Source: an uncultured Gammaproteobacteria bacterium
Lineage (GTDB): Bacteria > Pseudomonadota > Gammaproteobacteria > CAZYYU01
Assembly (NCBI GenBank): GCA_964651735.1
Contig: CAZYYU010000004.1
Span: 141,687 to 205,686 of the forward strand
Reading direction: 5' to 3'
DNA length: 64,000 nt
A program made the position numbers and the translations under genes. Below, piece after piece: positions 28,339 to 38,502 of this stretch (the stretch's first letter is position 1; the number at the start of each line of letters is the position of its first letter). The notes below the pieces were generated by a model that did no database searches, was not told the origin of the DNA, and was given only the letters and a program-made list of their open reading frames with translations.

Positions 28339-29734
28339 TATGCGTGTTTTTGGTTGAAAACCATAGTGTTTTCTTTCCTTGACCAGTACTATCAAGATAG
28401 CCTTTTTTCTTAAGTAACTGTAAATCATTACGTAATGTTCTATCTGTAATCTTTTCCTTAATGTTAGATAAGATATCTTTAGGTTGTAAAGGTTTATCTT
28501 TTACTAAAATTAAAATTTGTCTTTGCCTATCTAATAAATCGTAATCATCAATTGCAGTTTTATAGTGACGAGACCACAATCTTACAACAAAAGAACCAGC
28601 TTGCTCGAAAAATTCAGGTTCTTTCATTTTTGCAGCGGCGCATGATTCAAATATTTCCTGAGTTCCTATACCCATAGCTTCAATAAAACCACGACGGAAA
28701 AACACATTAATTATTAAAGGATTTCTTGGATGGGAAGTATGAGCTGCTTTAAGGTCATTTAAAGTAATAGAAGGGGGCAAAATACCACTACTAGCAATTT
28801 CTAATCTGTCATCGTAAATACAAATAGTTATAGAACTACCAGGAGAACCATATTCTCTGTGGCAAATAGCATTAATTAGTGCTTCACGTACTGCTTCAAA
28901 GGGATACTCTGGTTCATCAATTCTAGCCATATTTCCTTTTTCAAAGTGACTAGAAATAGCAGTATTTCTATTGATAAAATATTCTGCTTCTTTAAGTAGC
29001 TGAAAAGCATTACCAAAAAGGTGTTTACTATCTATGAAATCACCTTTTTCGTTGCCGCGAAATCGGGCCATTCGAATCACACATTGCAGATAATTACCAG
29101 GAATTTCTTTTGAGAATAAAACAATTGCAGCATTAATAATTTGTCCACCTTCTAGTAGTTTTAATCTCTTAAGAATATCAGATACATTATCACTATTTAG
29201 ACTGAATTCGAGGCGTTTCTTTTTGGTGATATCTTTCAGGGTTTGAAGAATCTCAATATGATCAAGATCATCAATTGAAACTCCTATTGCCGGTTGGGAT
29301 TCCCACGAAATAGGGTTCATATTGCGTGATAGAAGTAATTGTTGATATCGACTCTGAGGCATCAAACTAGTAGATGTTTCTTTACGCTCATAGGGTCGAC
29401 TATCAAATGAATATGGAATTGAACGAATATCAAGATGAGCTGTTAATTTTATTATTTGCTTGTTATTGTTGTTGTCTATATATTGAGTTTCAATATTTGC
29501 AGTGGGTTCAAATTTTCTGAGTACATTCGCAATTTCTTGTTTTGTGTTGTCTGTGACATGTTGACCAATATTTTTTTTGTCGTCTGAGATCCCAATAAGA
29601 ACAGTTCCACCTTTTCCATTTAGAAAAGCACACAACGTTTCTGCGGCAGCTTTGAGATTAGATGTTGATTTTTTAAATTCTAATGTAGCTGATTCACCTT
29701 GTTCAATTAAATTTTCTAAGTCATTTAGTTTCAT
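28328..29734 (-). CDS. Schlafen/AlbA_2 domain plus RecG-C-like ATPase (HATPase_c_4) protein with C-terminal wHTH
   Basis: N-terminus ESATLEFKKS...AFLNGKGGTVLIGISDD (AlbA_2). Middle REALINAICHREY...ITICIYDDRLEIASSG. C-terminus resembles a winged helix. Confidence 0.7.
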   Translation of the reverse strand: MKLNDLENLIEQGESATLEFKKSTSNLKAAAETLCAFLNGKGGTVLIGISDDKKNIGQHVTDNTKQEIANVLRKFEPTANIETQYIDNNNNKQIIKLTAHLDIRSIPYSFDSRPYERKETSTSLMPQSRYQQLLLSRNMNPISWESQPAIGVSIDDLDHIEILQTLKDITKKKRLEFSLNSDNVSDILKRLKLLEGGQIINAAIVLFSKEIPGNYLQCVIRMARFRGNEKGDFIDSKHLFGNAFQLLKEAEYFINRNTAISSHFEKGNMARIDEPEYPFEAVREALINAICHREYGSPGSSITICIYDDRLEIASSGILPPSITLNDLKAAHTSHPRNPLIINVFFRRGFIEAMGIGTQEIFESCAAAKMKEPEFFEQAGSFVVRLWSRHYKTAIDDYDLLDRQRQILILVKDKPLQPKDILSNIKEKITDRTLRNDLQLLKKKGYLDSTGQGKKTLWFSTKNTHTRK

Positions 29735-30388
29735 AAATATAATCCGTTATTAAGTTTATATTTTAACCAATCTTTTAGCACTATTTTTTTCGATAGCAAT
29801 AATATGTAGTATGATTCAGGCTAATCAAAATGATACGAATCGAATTATACCATTTAGTATGGAAAAATACAAAATAAATTGTCATTAAAAAAAATTTTAA
29901 TTTAGATTGAATGCTTGTAGAATATCATAAGAATTACATTTAATAACATGAGCACTGATCAAGGCAAAAAACGGAAAAATTAAACGTGATGTTAACTTGT
30001 CAGAGGAATCTTTATGGTTAATAATAATTCAAAAATCTTAGCTGTTGGGTAGGGATAAATCAGTAATTTTTCTTTATCTATCAAATTTGTTTAAAACCGA
30101 GGAGTTAGTTAATGATCAAACTATTGCAAAATATGCAACAGTTTAAATAATTGTCTGTTTATTAACAGACTAAAATACAGATAATCGCGCAAAATCTAAA
30201 TCTTGAATACACTGACGATATCACCCTTATAATATTTAATGACTCTAGCTCAGGTCTTGGAGAAGAAGGGTTCTCTAGTTACTAATTGCATAACCTTCCA
30301 AGGCTAATTCCAAATGATGTCGCAAATCTAGATTGAGAGATAGCAAAAGCCACTTAAAAAGTATCTGTCTTTAAGGTAAGATTAGATC

Positions 30389-30943
30389 ATGAAAATCATT
30401 GAAACAAACCGCCTCGTTTTAAGGACTTGGAAGGACGAAGACGCTGAGGCGTTTTTTCGGATCAACCAAGATCCTAAGGTTATTGAATATTTGATGGGTT
30501 CGTTGACGATGGAGCAAGTGCTTGAGTTTATGCAGAAATGTAATCGTGGTTTTGAGGAAAAAAGATTTTGTCTTTTTGCGGTTGAGCTTAAATCATCGCA
30601 TGAGATGATTGGATTTATTGGTCTTTCTGAACCTTCTTGGGAGTCTCATTTTACACCTTGTGTTGAGATAGGGTGGAGATTAGGTTCACAGTATTGGGGT
30701 CAGGGTTACGCAACAGAAGGTGCTCTTGCGGTTTTAGATTATGGATTTAATGTCATTGGTCTTAATGAAATTGTTTCCTTTTGTGTATCAGGGAATCTGA
30801 GATCAATTAGTGTGATGAAAAAAATTGGGATGAAAAGAGATCTTGCGGATGATTTTCTTCATCCGAAAATATCTGCCAACCATCCACTTTCTCGGCATGT
30901 GTTGTATCGAATTAATCGAAAATTATCGGGTGAAGGAGGGTAA
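30389..30943 (+). CDS. GNAT N-acetyltransferase (RimJ/RimL-like)
   Basis: IETNRLVLRTW..., WGQGYATEG. 184 aa. Confidence 0.8.
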   Translation: MKIIETNRLVLRTWKDEDAEAFFRINQDPKVIEYLMGSLTMEQVLEFMQKCNRGFEEKRFCLFAVELKSSHEMIGFIGLSEPSWESHFTPCVEIGWRLGSQYWGQGYATEGALAVLDYGFNVIGLNEIVSFCVSGNLRSISVMKKIGMKRDLADDFLHPKISANHPLSRHVLYRINRKLSGEGG

Positions 30944-30944
30944 T

Positions 30945-31937
30945 ATGGTATCGAAGAAAGTAAAATGGGGACTTTTAGGAACTGGGTTCATTTCAGAAAT
31001 TATGGCGAATGCATTTTCAGATTCTACGACCAGTACAATTTTTGGTGTTGCCAGTCAGTCTTTAGAAAAAGCAAAAAACTTTGCCGAAAAATTTTCTATT
31101 CAAAATTATTATGATGATCATGATGCATTAATGAATAATCCCGAGATAGATGTTATTTATATTTCTTTACCCAATCATCTGCACAAAGAATGGATTATTC
31201 GAGCTGCTACTGCTGGCAAACATATTCTCTGTGAGAAACCTTTGGTTTTAAATACACAGGAAGCCGATGAAATCTTGTCTGCTGTTAGACAAGCTAAGGT
31301 GTTATGTATGGAAGGCTTAATGTATCGTTCTCATCCAGTTGCACATCAACTTGAATCACTCATTCAAAGCAAAGTCATCGGTGATATTAAATTATTTAAT
31401 GCTATCTATACCGCTGATATTTCACATATAGCTAATCCACTTTTCGGAGGTAGTATTCGAAATTTAGCTTGTTATCCTATCTCACTGGTTCGTTTGCTGA
31501 CTAATGCTGAACCTGTATCGGTCCTTGGGCTAGGAAGAATGAATCCAAAAACAGGTACTGATCACCAAGCAACTGCAATATTAAAATTTCCCAATGACAT
31601 TATTGCTAATATTTCAACGGCAGATGATTTGGATATGTCTTGGAAATTTGAAATTTACGGTACTAAAGGTCGGATTAGTGTTCCCACAAATCCTTGGTGG
31701 CCGGAAAAAACAAATAATCAGATTCTTGTATATCCTAATGGTGAAAAATATCCTCAGGAAATCAATGTTTCTGCTGACAAATCGCTGTTTACCTATCAGA
31801 TCGATGAATTGGCGCAACATATCAACCGTGGTGAAACATCAGTTCCACCATCGGCGGTTTCCTTAGAACATAGCTATGGCAATATAAACGTTCTTGAAAA
31901 GTGCTTAGCTCAAATAGAGTTCGCTATCACTGATTAA
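30945..31937 (+). CDS. Gfo/Idh/MocA family oxidoreductase
   Basis: KWGLLGTGFIS Rossmann start and EKP motif (LCEKPL). GGAGGG precedes the ATG at 30945. The track start at 30843 lies inside the upstream GNAT gene. Confidence 0.85.
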   Translation: MVSKKVKWGLLGTGFISEIMANAFSDSTTSTIFGVASQSLEKAKNFAEKFSIQNYYDDHDALMNNPEIDVIYISLPNHLHKEWIIRAATAGKHILCEKPLVLNTQEADEILSAVRQAKVLCMEGLMYRSHPVAHQLESLIQSKVIGDIKLFNAIYTADISHIANPLFGGSIRNLACYPISLVRLLTNAEPVSVLGLGRMNPKTGTDHQATAILKFPNDIIANISTADDLDMSWKFEIYGTKGRISVPTNPWWPEKTNNQILVYPNGEKYPQEINVSADKSLFTYQIDELAQHINRGETSVPPSAVSLEHSYGNINVLEKCLAQIEFAITD

Positions 31938-32714
31938 AATACCTTGGTCAATTTCAGGAAATAACTCGCAAGTGTCTTTTATTTCCTCCCAGTTTAGGGA
32001 TCGTAGAGCATCAAACAGTTCTGTGAAATTTTTGATCACAAAGTATGTTCTCTGGTGAGCATCAATATGGTAATTCGTTTTCATCACTCTGCGAATATTA
32101 AATTTTATTCTTATGGGCAGACTTGATTCTACCGAGTAGATTGACTCGCTGTGTGATGAGCTTATGCCTGCGCCATAGATTTTTGGTCCATCCTTACTGT
32201 TGATTAACCCAAATTCGACGGTAAACCAATATAATGTTGCTGCGAATTTTAACAGACCAAACTCGATGGCTTCTAAACCTTTAAGACCAAATTCTTGCAT
32301 AAAATTGGCGAAAATCGGGTTAACTAAAAGGGGGATGTGTCCAAATACATCATGAAAAATATCGGGTTCTTCTAAGTAATCCAGTTGATGTACTTTGCGA
32401 ATAAAACAGGTCGATGGGAATTTTCGTTCTGATAAAAATTTAAAAAAGAGGTCTTCAGGAATAAATCCTTTTACGGGAATGATTGAAAAACCAGTTTCTT
32501 TGTGTAAAATTGCATTTAGATCAGAGAACTTAGGAATTTGATCTTTACAAATGGAAAGTTTTTCCATACCGTCTATTAATTCTTCAGTTGCACGATATTC
32601 TAGGACAGCTGACTGTCTTTCAAATAATACTTTCCAGGTATTATGATCGGATTCAGTAAATTTTTCCCATTGTTCTTGGGTCACCATAGGATGGTTCAGT
32701 AATATGCTTGACAT
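31905..32714 (-). CDS. phhA: Phenylalanine-4-hydroxylase
   Basis: EPDIFHDVFGHIPLL iron-binding motif. 269 aa, the size of a bacterial PAH. Confidence 0.9.
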   Translation of the reverse strand: MSSILLNHPMVTQEQWEKFTESDHNTWKVLFERQSAVLEYRATEELIDGMEKLSICKDQIPKFSDLNAILHKETGFSIIPVKGFIPEDLFFKFLSERKFPSTCFIRKVHQLDYLEEPDIFHDVFGHIPLLVNPIFANFMQEFGLKGLEAIEFGLLKFAATLYWFTVEFGLINSKDGPKIYGAGISSSHSESIYSVESSLPIRIKFNIRRVMKTNYHIDAHQRTYFVIKNFTELFDALRSLNWEEIKDTCELFPEIDQGILISDSELYLS

Positions 32715-33153
32715 GTTTTCTCTCCAAAATTAATTGCTTAAATATTTGAAATAATGAATCGATGTTTAGTATCGATAGGAATAAAAGATGGAGAGATAAT
32801 AAGAATAAAAAACCGATAATGAGATGGATGAAAAAAGTTGCGAATTCAATAAGGCGAAATTCGCTCCAGGTGATGATAGAGGTTTTAGGTCCTCAGTAAT
32901 GTCAATATTTTGTGTGTACATTGTTTTAGCCTATTAACTTGTGGGATTTTACATAATCGGATACCTATTAACTGGGGGTAACAATATGAATAATAAGTCA
33001 TTAACTTCTCCTCGCTGCAATTGTGTATTTTGAGAACCATCTTCATTGTGCTAAAAAATAGATAACTTGTCAATATTAGTGCCAATAACGGTTTGTCATA
33101 TCTGTTATAGTATGTGAAATCCAATTATCTCTATAAATACCCTTAATTTGTAA

Positions 33154-34047
33154 TTATAATTTTTTTTGTATTAAGGCTTTAATTTTAGGTAGTACTTTTT
33201 GGGCAGCAACTTCTCCAGCACAGATTAATTTATTTTTTTCATGAAAATCAAAAGTACCCGAAGTGCCCAAAATAGGGTGTATTGTTATATCAGCACCTTC
33301 TTCGCTATAATGCGCAATTGAATGAATGCAAATTCTGAATGATCGTTCAAAAACTCCAGCAAATGAACGAGGCATTTTTTCAGGTAATTCAGCATCAAGA
33401 TTCACAGCGATTATGATATCAGGTTGATATCTTTTAGCGATATTTACAGGTGTTTGTGAAACGATTCCACCATCTACCAACGTATAACCATACAATTTAA
33501 CGGGATGCACAGCCCCTGGCATTGCAGAAGAAGCATTAATAGCTGGTGGTATGGGGCCACTACTAATTATTTTTGCATGCCCAGTCCTTAAATCCGTTGC
33601 GACTACAACCAAAGGAATTTTTAACTCATTAAATGTGCTTGACCGCATATTTTTATGCAGAAAATGTTGAAGTTTACGACCTGAGATAAATCCGTGTCCA
33701 TGTGGTATATAAGTGATATCAGCAAAATCAAAGAATTTACTGTTCTTCATAACCTTCTCAACAAATTTTGCGTCAGCATTATCAGCATATAGTGCGCCTA
33801 CTATACTTCCGGCGCTTGTTCCTACAATTAAATCAATTGGGATTCCAGCTTTTGCTAAAGCATTAATGACACCTACATGAGCAAAGCCACGGGTCCCTCC
33901 TCCGCCCAGAACCAGTGCTATGTGTGGATGTTTAGTTAATTTAAGTGGTGGAGGTTCTTTGTTAGGGATATTGATTTTGATGGGTGCTGCACAAGCTATT
34001 AGAAGGTTTAATAACAAAAATATAGTAATAAAGCGTAATAGTTTCAT
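33154..34047 (-). CDS. Patatin-like phospholipase, probable lipoprotein
   Basis: GGGTRG oxyanion motif, GTSAGS nucleophile, DGG. Signal peptide with lipobox LLIAC. Confidence 0.9.
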   Translation of the reverse strand: MKLLRFITIFLLLNLLIACAAPIKINIPNKEPPPLKLTKHPHIALVLGGGGTRGFAHVGVINALAKAGIPIDLIVGTSAGSIVGALYADNADAKFVEKVMKNSKFFDFADITYIPHGHGFISGRKLQHFLHKNMRSSTFNELKIPLVVVATDLRTGHAKIISSGPIPPAINASSAMPGAVHPVKLYGYTLVDGGIVSQTPVNIAKRYQPDIIIAVNLDAELPEKMPRSFAGVFERSFRICIHSIAHYSEEGADITIHPILGTSGTFDFHEKNKLICAGEVAAQKVLPKIKALIQKKL

Positions 34048-34184
34048 CCCTGAGTTCCAATTGTAATCAGATTGTTATTAGTGTAGCAGTATTCAATGAT
34101 CTAGGTCAAAAAAAACATTATTGAATTGATTCATGATATATGCCATTATACATGCAGTTTACACGTTAAGCGGAGTTAAGCCCG

Positions 34185-34679
34185 ATGCAAAAAACAATCA
34201 CAACATTATCTGAAATTAAACTGGTTGGAATCACCACCAGAACTAATAACGCACATATTTTTAAGGCTGATCCCTCAACTAACAAAATTGCCGCTACCGT
34301 TCAGCAATATTTCCATGGTGGATTTCCTCAAAAAATTAATCATCGGAAAAAACCCGATGTGACTTATTGTGCTTACACCGATTATGAAAGCGATGTGAAC
34401 GGAGATTATACTTTTTTCATCGGTGAAGAAGTGGACTCTTTTGATAATTTACCACAAGGATTTTCAACCTTAATTATTCCAGTACAGAAATATGCGAAAT
34501 TTACCAACGGACCTGCTGCGATGCCTGGTGTGGTGATTCAAGCATGGCAAAAAATTTGGGAAATGTCTCCTAAAGAATTAGGTGGTATGAGAAAATATCA
34601 GACAGATTTTGAACTTTATGATGAAAGAGCTGCGGACCATCAAAATGTCGTGATGGATGTTTATATAGGTATTCACTAG
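34185..34679 (+). CDS. GyrI-like small-molecule-binding domain protein
   Basis: 164 aa. N-terminus IKLVGITTRTNN and overall pattern fit AraC-effector-binding/GyrI-like proteins. Confidence 0.6.
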   Translation: MQKTITTLSEIKLVGITTRTNNAHIFKADPSTNKIAATVQQYFHGGFPQKINHRKKPDVTYCAYTDYESDVNGDYTFFIGEEVDSFDNLPQGFSTLIIPVQKYAKFTNGPAAMPGVVIQAWQKIWEMSPKELGGMRKYQTDFELYDERAADHQNVVMDVYIGIH

Positions 34680-34686
34680 CTTTTAT

Positions 34687-35112
34687 ATGAACCACGATAT
34701 CCACCAATCTCCACTAACACCAGAGCTTTACAAAAGAATTTTAGAAGGCTTCAGTGAGTCAGCATTAGAAAATACTGGAAATGATGGTTATAAAGAAAAA
34801 CCCATTTCATTTGAAATACGTAATGGCGAGGATTTTGTTGGAACTGTTGTTGTACAATTGGTGTGGGGTCAATTGCACATTAAATTTCTTTTTGTAGAAA
34901 AGAAATTTAGAAATCAAGGAATTGCCACACGATTAATGCAGCATGCTCTCGAATTTGGTAGATCAAAAAACTGCCAATTTGCATTTGTAGAAACAATGAG
35001 TTATCAAGCTCCTGAATTTTATAAGAAAATGGGGTTTGAAATAGATTTTATACGCCATGGTTTTGCTAATGGAACTAGTTTTTATTTTTTCAAGAAGGAT
35101 TTATGTACCTAA
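34687..35112 (+). CDS. GNAT acetyltransferase
   Basis: FRNQGIATRLMQHA motif A. 141 aa. Confidence 0.75.
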   Translation: MNHDIHQSPLTPELYKRILEGFSESALENTGNDGYKEKPISFEIRNGEDFVGTVVVQLVWGQLHIKFLFVEKKFRNQGIATRLMQHALEFGRSKNCQFAFVETMSYQAPEFYKKMGFEIDFIRHGFANGTSFYFFKKDLCT

Positions 35113-35610
35113 ATGTCTATACCTAAGCGATATGTGAGTTTTATTTTATATTTTGCATTATCTATGATGGTAGGTTCGTCTTTAATTTCTTACTTCCTGG
35201 TCAGACAAAATGATGCAAAAATATCTTCATTTAGAATGGAAGTACAAAGCAAAGAAGCACTTATCAGAGATATTTGGAATAATATAGGTAGAAAAGAAGC
35301 TAAGGCAGATACCATGATATTATTATCGAATCTTAGCAATATAAATAATGCAGATCTAATAAAGTTAAAAAAATATTATCTATCGGATTATCCTGAGCTA
35401 AAGGAAAGTTTTAATCCTGCTGATATTTTAACTGTGATCGAGCAAGAAAAAAAATCTGATATTGATCATATTAATAATTTGTATTTAGAACAAGCCGATA
35501 TTCAGAATATGGTTTATGAAAAGGAGCGTTCTAACAAATTGTATGCTGATATTGCTTTTTTTCTACAGATATTAAGTTTAGTGCTAATTATAATAAGAAA
35601 TGATGTTTAA
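35113..35610 (+). CDS. Hypothetical membrane protein
   Basis: 165 aa with hydrophobic N- and C-terminal segments. No recognisable family. Confidence 0.4.
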   Translation: MSIPKRYVSFILYFALSMMVGSSLISYFLVRQNDAKISSFRMEVQSKEALIRDIWNNIGRKEAKADTMILLSNLSNINNADLIKLKKYYLSDYPELKESFNPADILTVIEQEKKSDIDHINNLYLEQADIQNMVYEKERSNKLYADIAFFLQILSLVLIIIRNDV

Positions 35611-35735
35611 GAGTAAAGCTGACTATTAATAAAAATTTAGGCAATTTACGATGATTGGGGAGCCTTTGAGCTCTTGACCTTCGTTTCGAGATGCCATACT
35701 GTGTCTTTCTATCAAAGGATTGAGTAGCGAGAATT

Positions 35736-36875
35736 ATGCGTAGCATCGCCATCAAAATGCTTCTCGGAGACCGCCCCAAATATCTAGGATTGATATTCGG
35801 CGTGACCTTCGCAACCTTGCTGATGGCTCAGCAAGTATCTATTTTTATAGGTATTATGGCTCGTAATGCCGGTTTCATTCGTGCCGTTCCTGAGGCGGAT
35901 ATCTGGGTGATGGATCAGCGCGTACAGTATATTGAAGAGATAGAACCCCTTAGAGATATAGAGCTCACAAATGTCCGTTCAGTAACTGGGGTTGAATGGG
36001 CTGTCCCCTTTTTCAAAGCAGCTGCAACCATCCGTAGGCCTGATGGGGTGAATAAAACCGTACAGCTTATTGGTATCGATGATATTAGTTTAGTAGGTAT
36101 CTGCAGAAAGAAAATCATGGGCAATCCTGAAGTAATCCGTAAACCACAAAATGCAATGGTCGATTTGAATGGTTATCACAACATGTGGCCAGGGAAGAAA
36201 TTGGAGCTTAATAAACACGTAGAATTGAACGATAATCGATTAATTATAAATGCAATTTGCGATGCTCCACCTACCTTCGCCACACAGCCCATTATTTATG
36301 TCTCCTATAACTCTTCTATTGGCATTACACCACAGCAACGTACTCGAATGTCTTTCGTTTTAGTGAAAGCCAAACCAGGAGTTGATATTGAACAACTTAA
36401 AAAACGTATCTCAGATCGAACTGGACTACAAGCGCTGACTCAAAATGAATTTGCTTGGAGGAGTATTAATTGGGTGCTGAAAAATACAGCAGTTCCTATT
36501 AATTTTGGTATCACGATATTGATGAGTGTGATTATCGGAGTCGCGATTACCGCCCAAACTTTTTATATATTCGTTGTGGAAAACCTCAAACAATTTGCCA
36601 CGATGAAAGCCGTGGGTGTGACTAATCGACAACTACTGAGTTTGGTATTGACTCAAGCCTTTATTGTCGGAATGGTTGGTTTTGGTATAGGTATTGGTTT
36701 TACTTCACTATATTTTAGATTAACGGCCAATACTCCTGCATTTAGAGCTTTTACATTGCATTGGCAAGTTTTTGTGGGCAGTTTTGTTGTAATAGCATTG
36801 ATCATTCTTTTTTCTATTCTGATCAGTATTCGCAAAGTATTCAGTCTTGATCCTGCCATAGTATTCAGGGGTTAA
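35736..36875 (+). CDS. ABC exporter permease, DevC/FtsX-like
   Basis: N-terminus IAIKMLLGDRPKYLGLIFGVTFA, a large periplasmic loop, and a C-terminal FtsX-type 3-TM bundle. Confidence 0.8.
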   Translation: MRSIAIKMLLGDRPKYLGLIFGVTFATLLMAQQVSIFIGIMARNAGFIRAVPEADIWVMDQRVQYIEEIEPLRDIELTNVRSVTGVEWAVPFFKAAATIRRPDGVNKTVQLIGIDDISLVGICRKKIMGNPEVIRKPQNAMVDLNGYHNMWPGKKLELNKHVELNDNRLIINAICDAPPTFATQPIIYVSYNSSIGITPQQRTRMSFVLVKAKPGVDIEQLKKRISDRTGLQALTQNEFAWRSINWVLKNTAVPINFGITILMSVIIGVAITAQTFYIFVVENLKQFATMKAVGVTNRQLLSLVLTQAFIVGMVGFGIGIGFTSLYFRLTANTPAFRAFTLHWQVFVGSFVVIALIILFSILISIRKVFSLDPAIVFRG

Positions 36876-36877
36876 TA

Positions 36878-37591
36878 ATGGATATTGCCGCATCTGTACA
36901 CAATATTTCTAAAGACTTTTATGTAGATGGATCAGCATCTCGCGTGCTTTTTGATGTTAGTTTTGAACTGAAAATGGGTGAGTTAACGATGTTGGTGGGG
37001 CCTTCAGGTTGCGGTAAGACCACACTGATTTCGATTATCTCTGGAATCCTTTCTCCTACGGATGGCGATGTTGACGTCATTAATCAACGAATCACAGGTA
37101 TGTCCGATGAGGAAAAAGTGCTATTTCGTCGACATAACATTGGTCTGATTTTTCAAGAATATAATCTGTTAGGGGCCCTGAGTGCGGCCGAAAATGCCTC
37201 GATTCCCTTACTGGCAGCGGGGATGCCTTATGAAGAAGCAAATGATAAATCCAGAATCGTACTTGATAAAATCGGTATGGAAGGCCAATCAGAAAAGCTT
37301 CCTCGTCAACTCTCGGGTGGACAGAACCAACGTGTTGCCATCGCGCGCGCACTAGTTCACAATCCCAAGTTAATTATTTGTGATGAACCCACTGCAGCTC
37401 TGGATGCAAAGACGGGGCAGGGGGTATTAGAGGTACTGCGTGAAGTGGCTAACGACACTAATAGAGCCGTGTTGATAGTGACACATGACTACCGAATCTT
37501 TCATTTTGCGGATCGCATTATTGAAATGAGTGATGGAAAAATAATCGGTGATCATACGGCAGAAGCCTTCATCAAAAAGGAGAATTTGTGA
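36878..37591 (+). CDS. ABC exporter ATP-binding subunit (DevA/LolD/MacB-type)
   Basis: GPSGCGKTT, LSGGQNQRVAIARAL, ICDEPTAALD. Confidence 0.9.
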   Translation: MDIAASVHNISKDFYVDGSASRVLFDVSFELKMGELTMLVGPSGCGKTTLISIISGILSPTDGDVDVINQRITGMSDEEKVLFRRHNIGLIFQEYNLLGALSAAENASIPLLAAGMPYEEANDKSRIVLDKIGMEGQSEKLPRQLSGGQNQRVAIARALVHNPKLIICDEPTAALDAKTGQGVLEVLREVANDTNRAVLIVTHDYRIFHFADRIIEMSDGKIIGDHTAEAFIKKENL

Positions 37592-38502
37592 TTAGGGAAT
37601 TGATCAAGTTCAATGGATGGAAATTGCCAGCACTTGCCGTGATTGGTTTGTGTTTAGCCTTATTATCAGTCATGAGTCGACCTGAAACGGTAGATAAAAA
37701 ACCCATCGGCGTTCCCCCAAAAAGCTCCTACGAAAAAAATATTGCTGGCATCGGAATTGTTGAGCCTGTCAGTGGATTTATTGCAGTGGGTGTAGAATTG
37801 CCGGGTATAGTTCGTGAAATACGGGTACATGTTGGCCAAATGGTAAAAAAAGGTGAGATTCTTTACGTTTTAGATCAGCGAGATATTGATGCGCAAATAG
37901 CAACCTTAAAATCAAACCTGAGTTCAGCAAAAGTTCAAATGGAAACTGCAAAAGCAGCCTTTGATATCGTGAGACATCTAGAAAATGATCCTGCTGTGGC
38001 TAAAGATGATTTCAATAATAGAAAATTCGCTTATCTGACCTCATTGGCCAATGTCGATGTGATTAAGTCACAGTTAGAACAAGCCTACACCACAAAAGCT
38101 CGATTGAATGTCATAGCACCCTTAGATGGTATGGTCCTTGAAGTTAATGTACATCTGGGAGAATTTGCTACCGCAGGGGAAGTTTCCATACCACTCATTA
38201 GAATGGGAGGGGTGAGTGATTTGCGTGTGCGTGTTGAAGTGGATGAAGAATTTTTAAATCGAATAAACCCCAAAGTTGAGGCTTATGGGACATTTCGTGA
38301 TGATCCAACCACTAAAATACCTTTAGTTTTCAGTCACTTCGAGTCTTATGTTAGACCAAAAACAAATTTAGTGGTAGCGAATCAGCGAGTAGATACCCGT
38401 GTGGTTCAGGCGCTTTATCTCTTACCAAGAACTATTAAACCTAAATTCGTCGGCCAACAGATGGACGTATATATTAAGGATACCGTTCAGGTGCCTCTAT
38501 GA
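37588..38502 (+). CDS. HlyD-family periplasmic adaptor
   Basis: GTG start with AAGGAG upstream. N-terminal TM segment, then a lipoyl-like hairpin, coiled coil and beta-barrel pattern. Confidence 0.8.
   Translation: MIRELIKFNGWKLPALAVIGLCLALLSVMSRPETVDKKPIGVPPKSSYEKNIAGIGIVEPVSGFIAVGVELPGIVREIRVHVGQMVKKGEILYVLDQRDIDAQIATLKSNLSSAKVQMETAKAAFDIVRHLENDPAVAKDDFNNRKFAYLTSLANVDVIKSQLEQAYTTKARLNVIAPLDGMVLEVNVHLGEFATAGEVSIPLIRMGGVSDLRVRVEVDEEFLNRINPKVEAYGTFRDDPTTKIPLVFSHFESYVRPKTNLVVANQRVDTRVVQALYLLPRTIKPKFVGQQMDVYIKDTVQVPL

Noticed and set aside
27992-28382. Track ORFs 27992-28195 and 28182-28382, plus intergenic ORFs 32885-33124, 35588-35779, 41130-41348, 42529-42766 and 56102-56356
   Set aside because: They lie in intergenic spacers or overlap gene ends, have odd composition (Phe/Leu/Cys-rich), and have no SD or motifs. 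They are probably non-coding.
30112-30170. 12-codon ORF (MIKLLQNMQQFK) with GAGGAG upstream, followed by a perfect 7-bp hairpin GTCTGTT-tatt-AACAGAC, about 220 nt upstream of the GNAT gene
   Set aside because: It looks like a leader peptide plus attenuator, but the hairpin has no trailing T-run, the peptide has no regulatory codon bias, and there is no obvious alternative pairing.
30843-30944. N-terminal extensions given by the longest-ORF track (30843 for the oxidoreductase; likewise 6721 for hisC, 52889 for proB, 55668 for alkD-like, 63862 for dapD, 47278 for guaC, 59929 for fic)
   Set aside because: The extensions overlap the preceding gene or a promoter and lack an SD. An internal ATG with an SD, or tight coupling to the upstream stop, restores the canonical N-terminus in each case.
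32840-32864. Hairpin GCGAATT-(11 nt)-AATTCGC in the phhA / patatin intergenic region
   Set aside because: It is a short AT-rich stem with a large loop, no T-tract and no second copy, so there is not enough evidence to call it a terminator or regulatory site.
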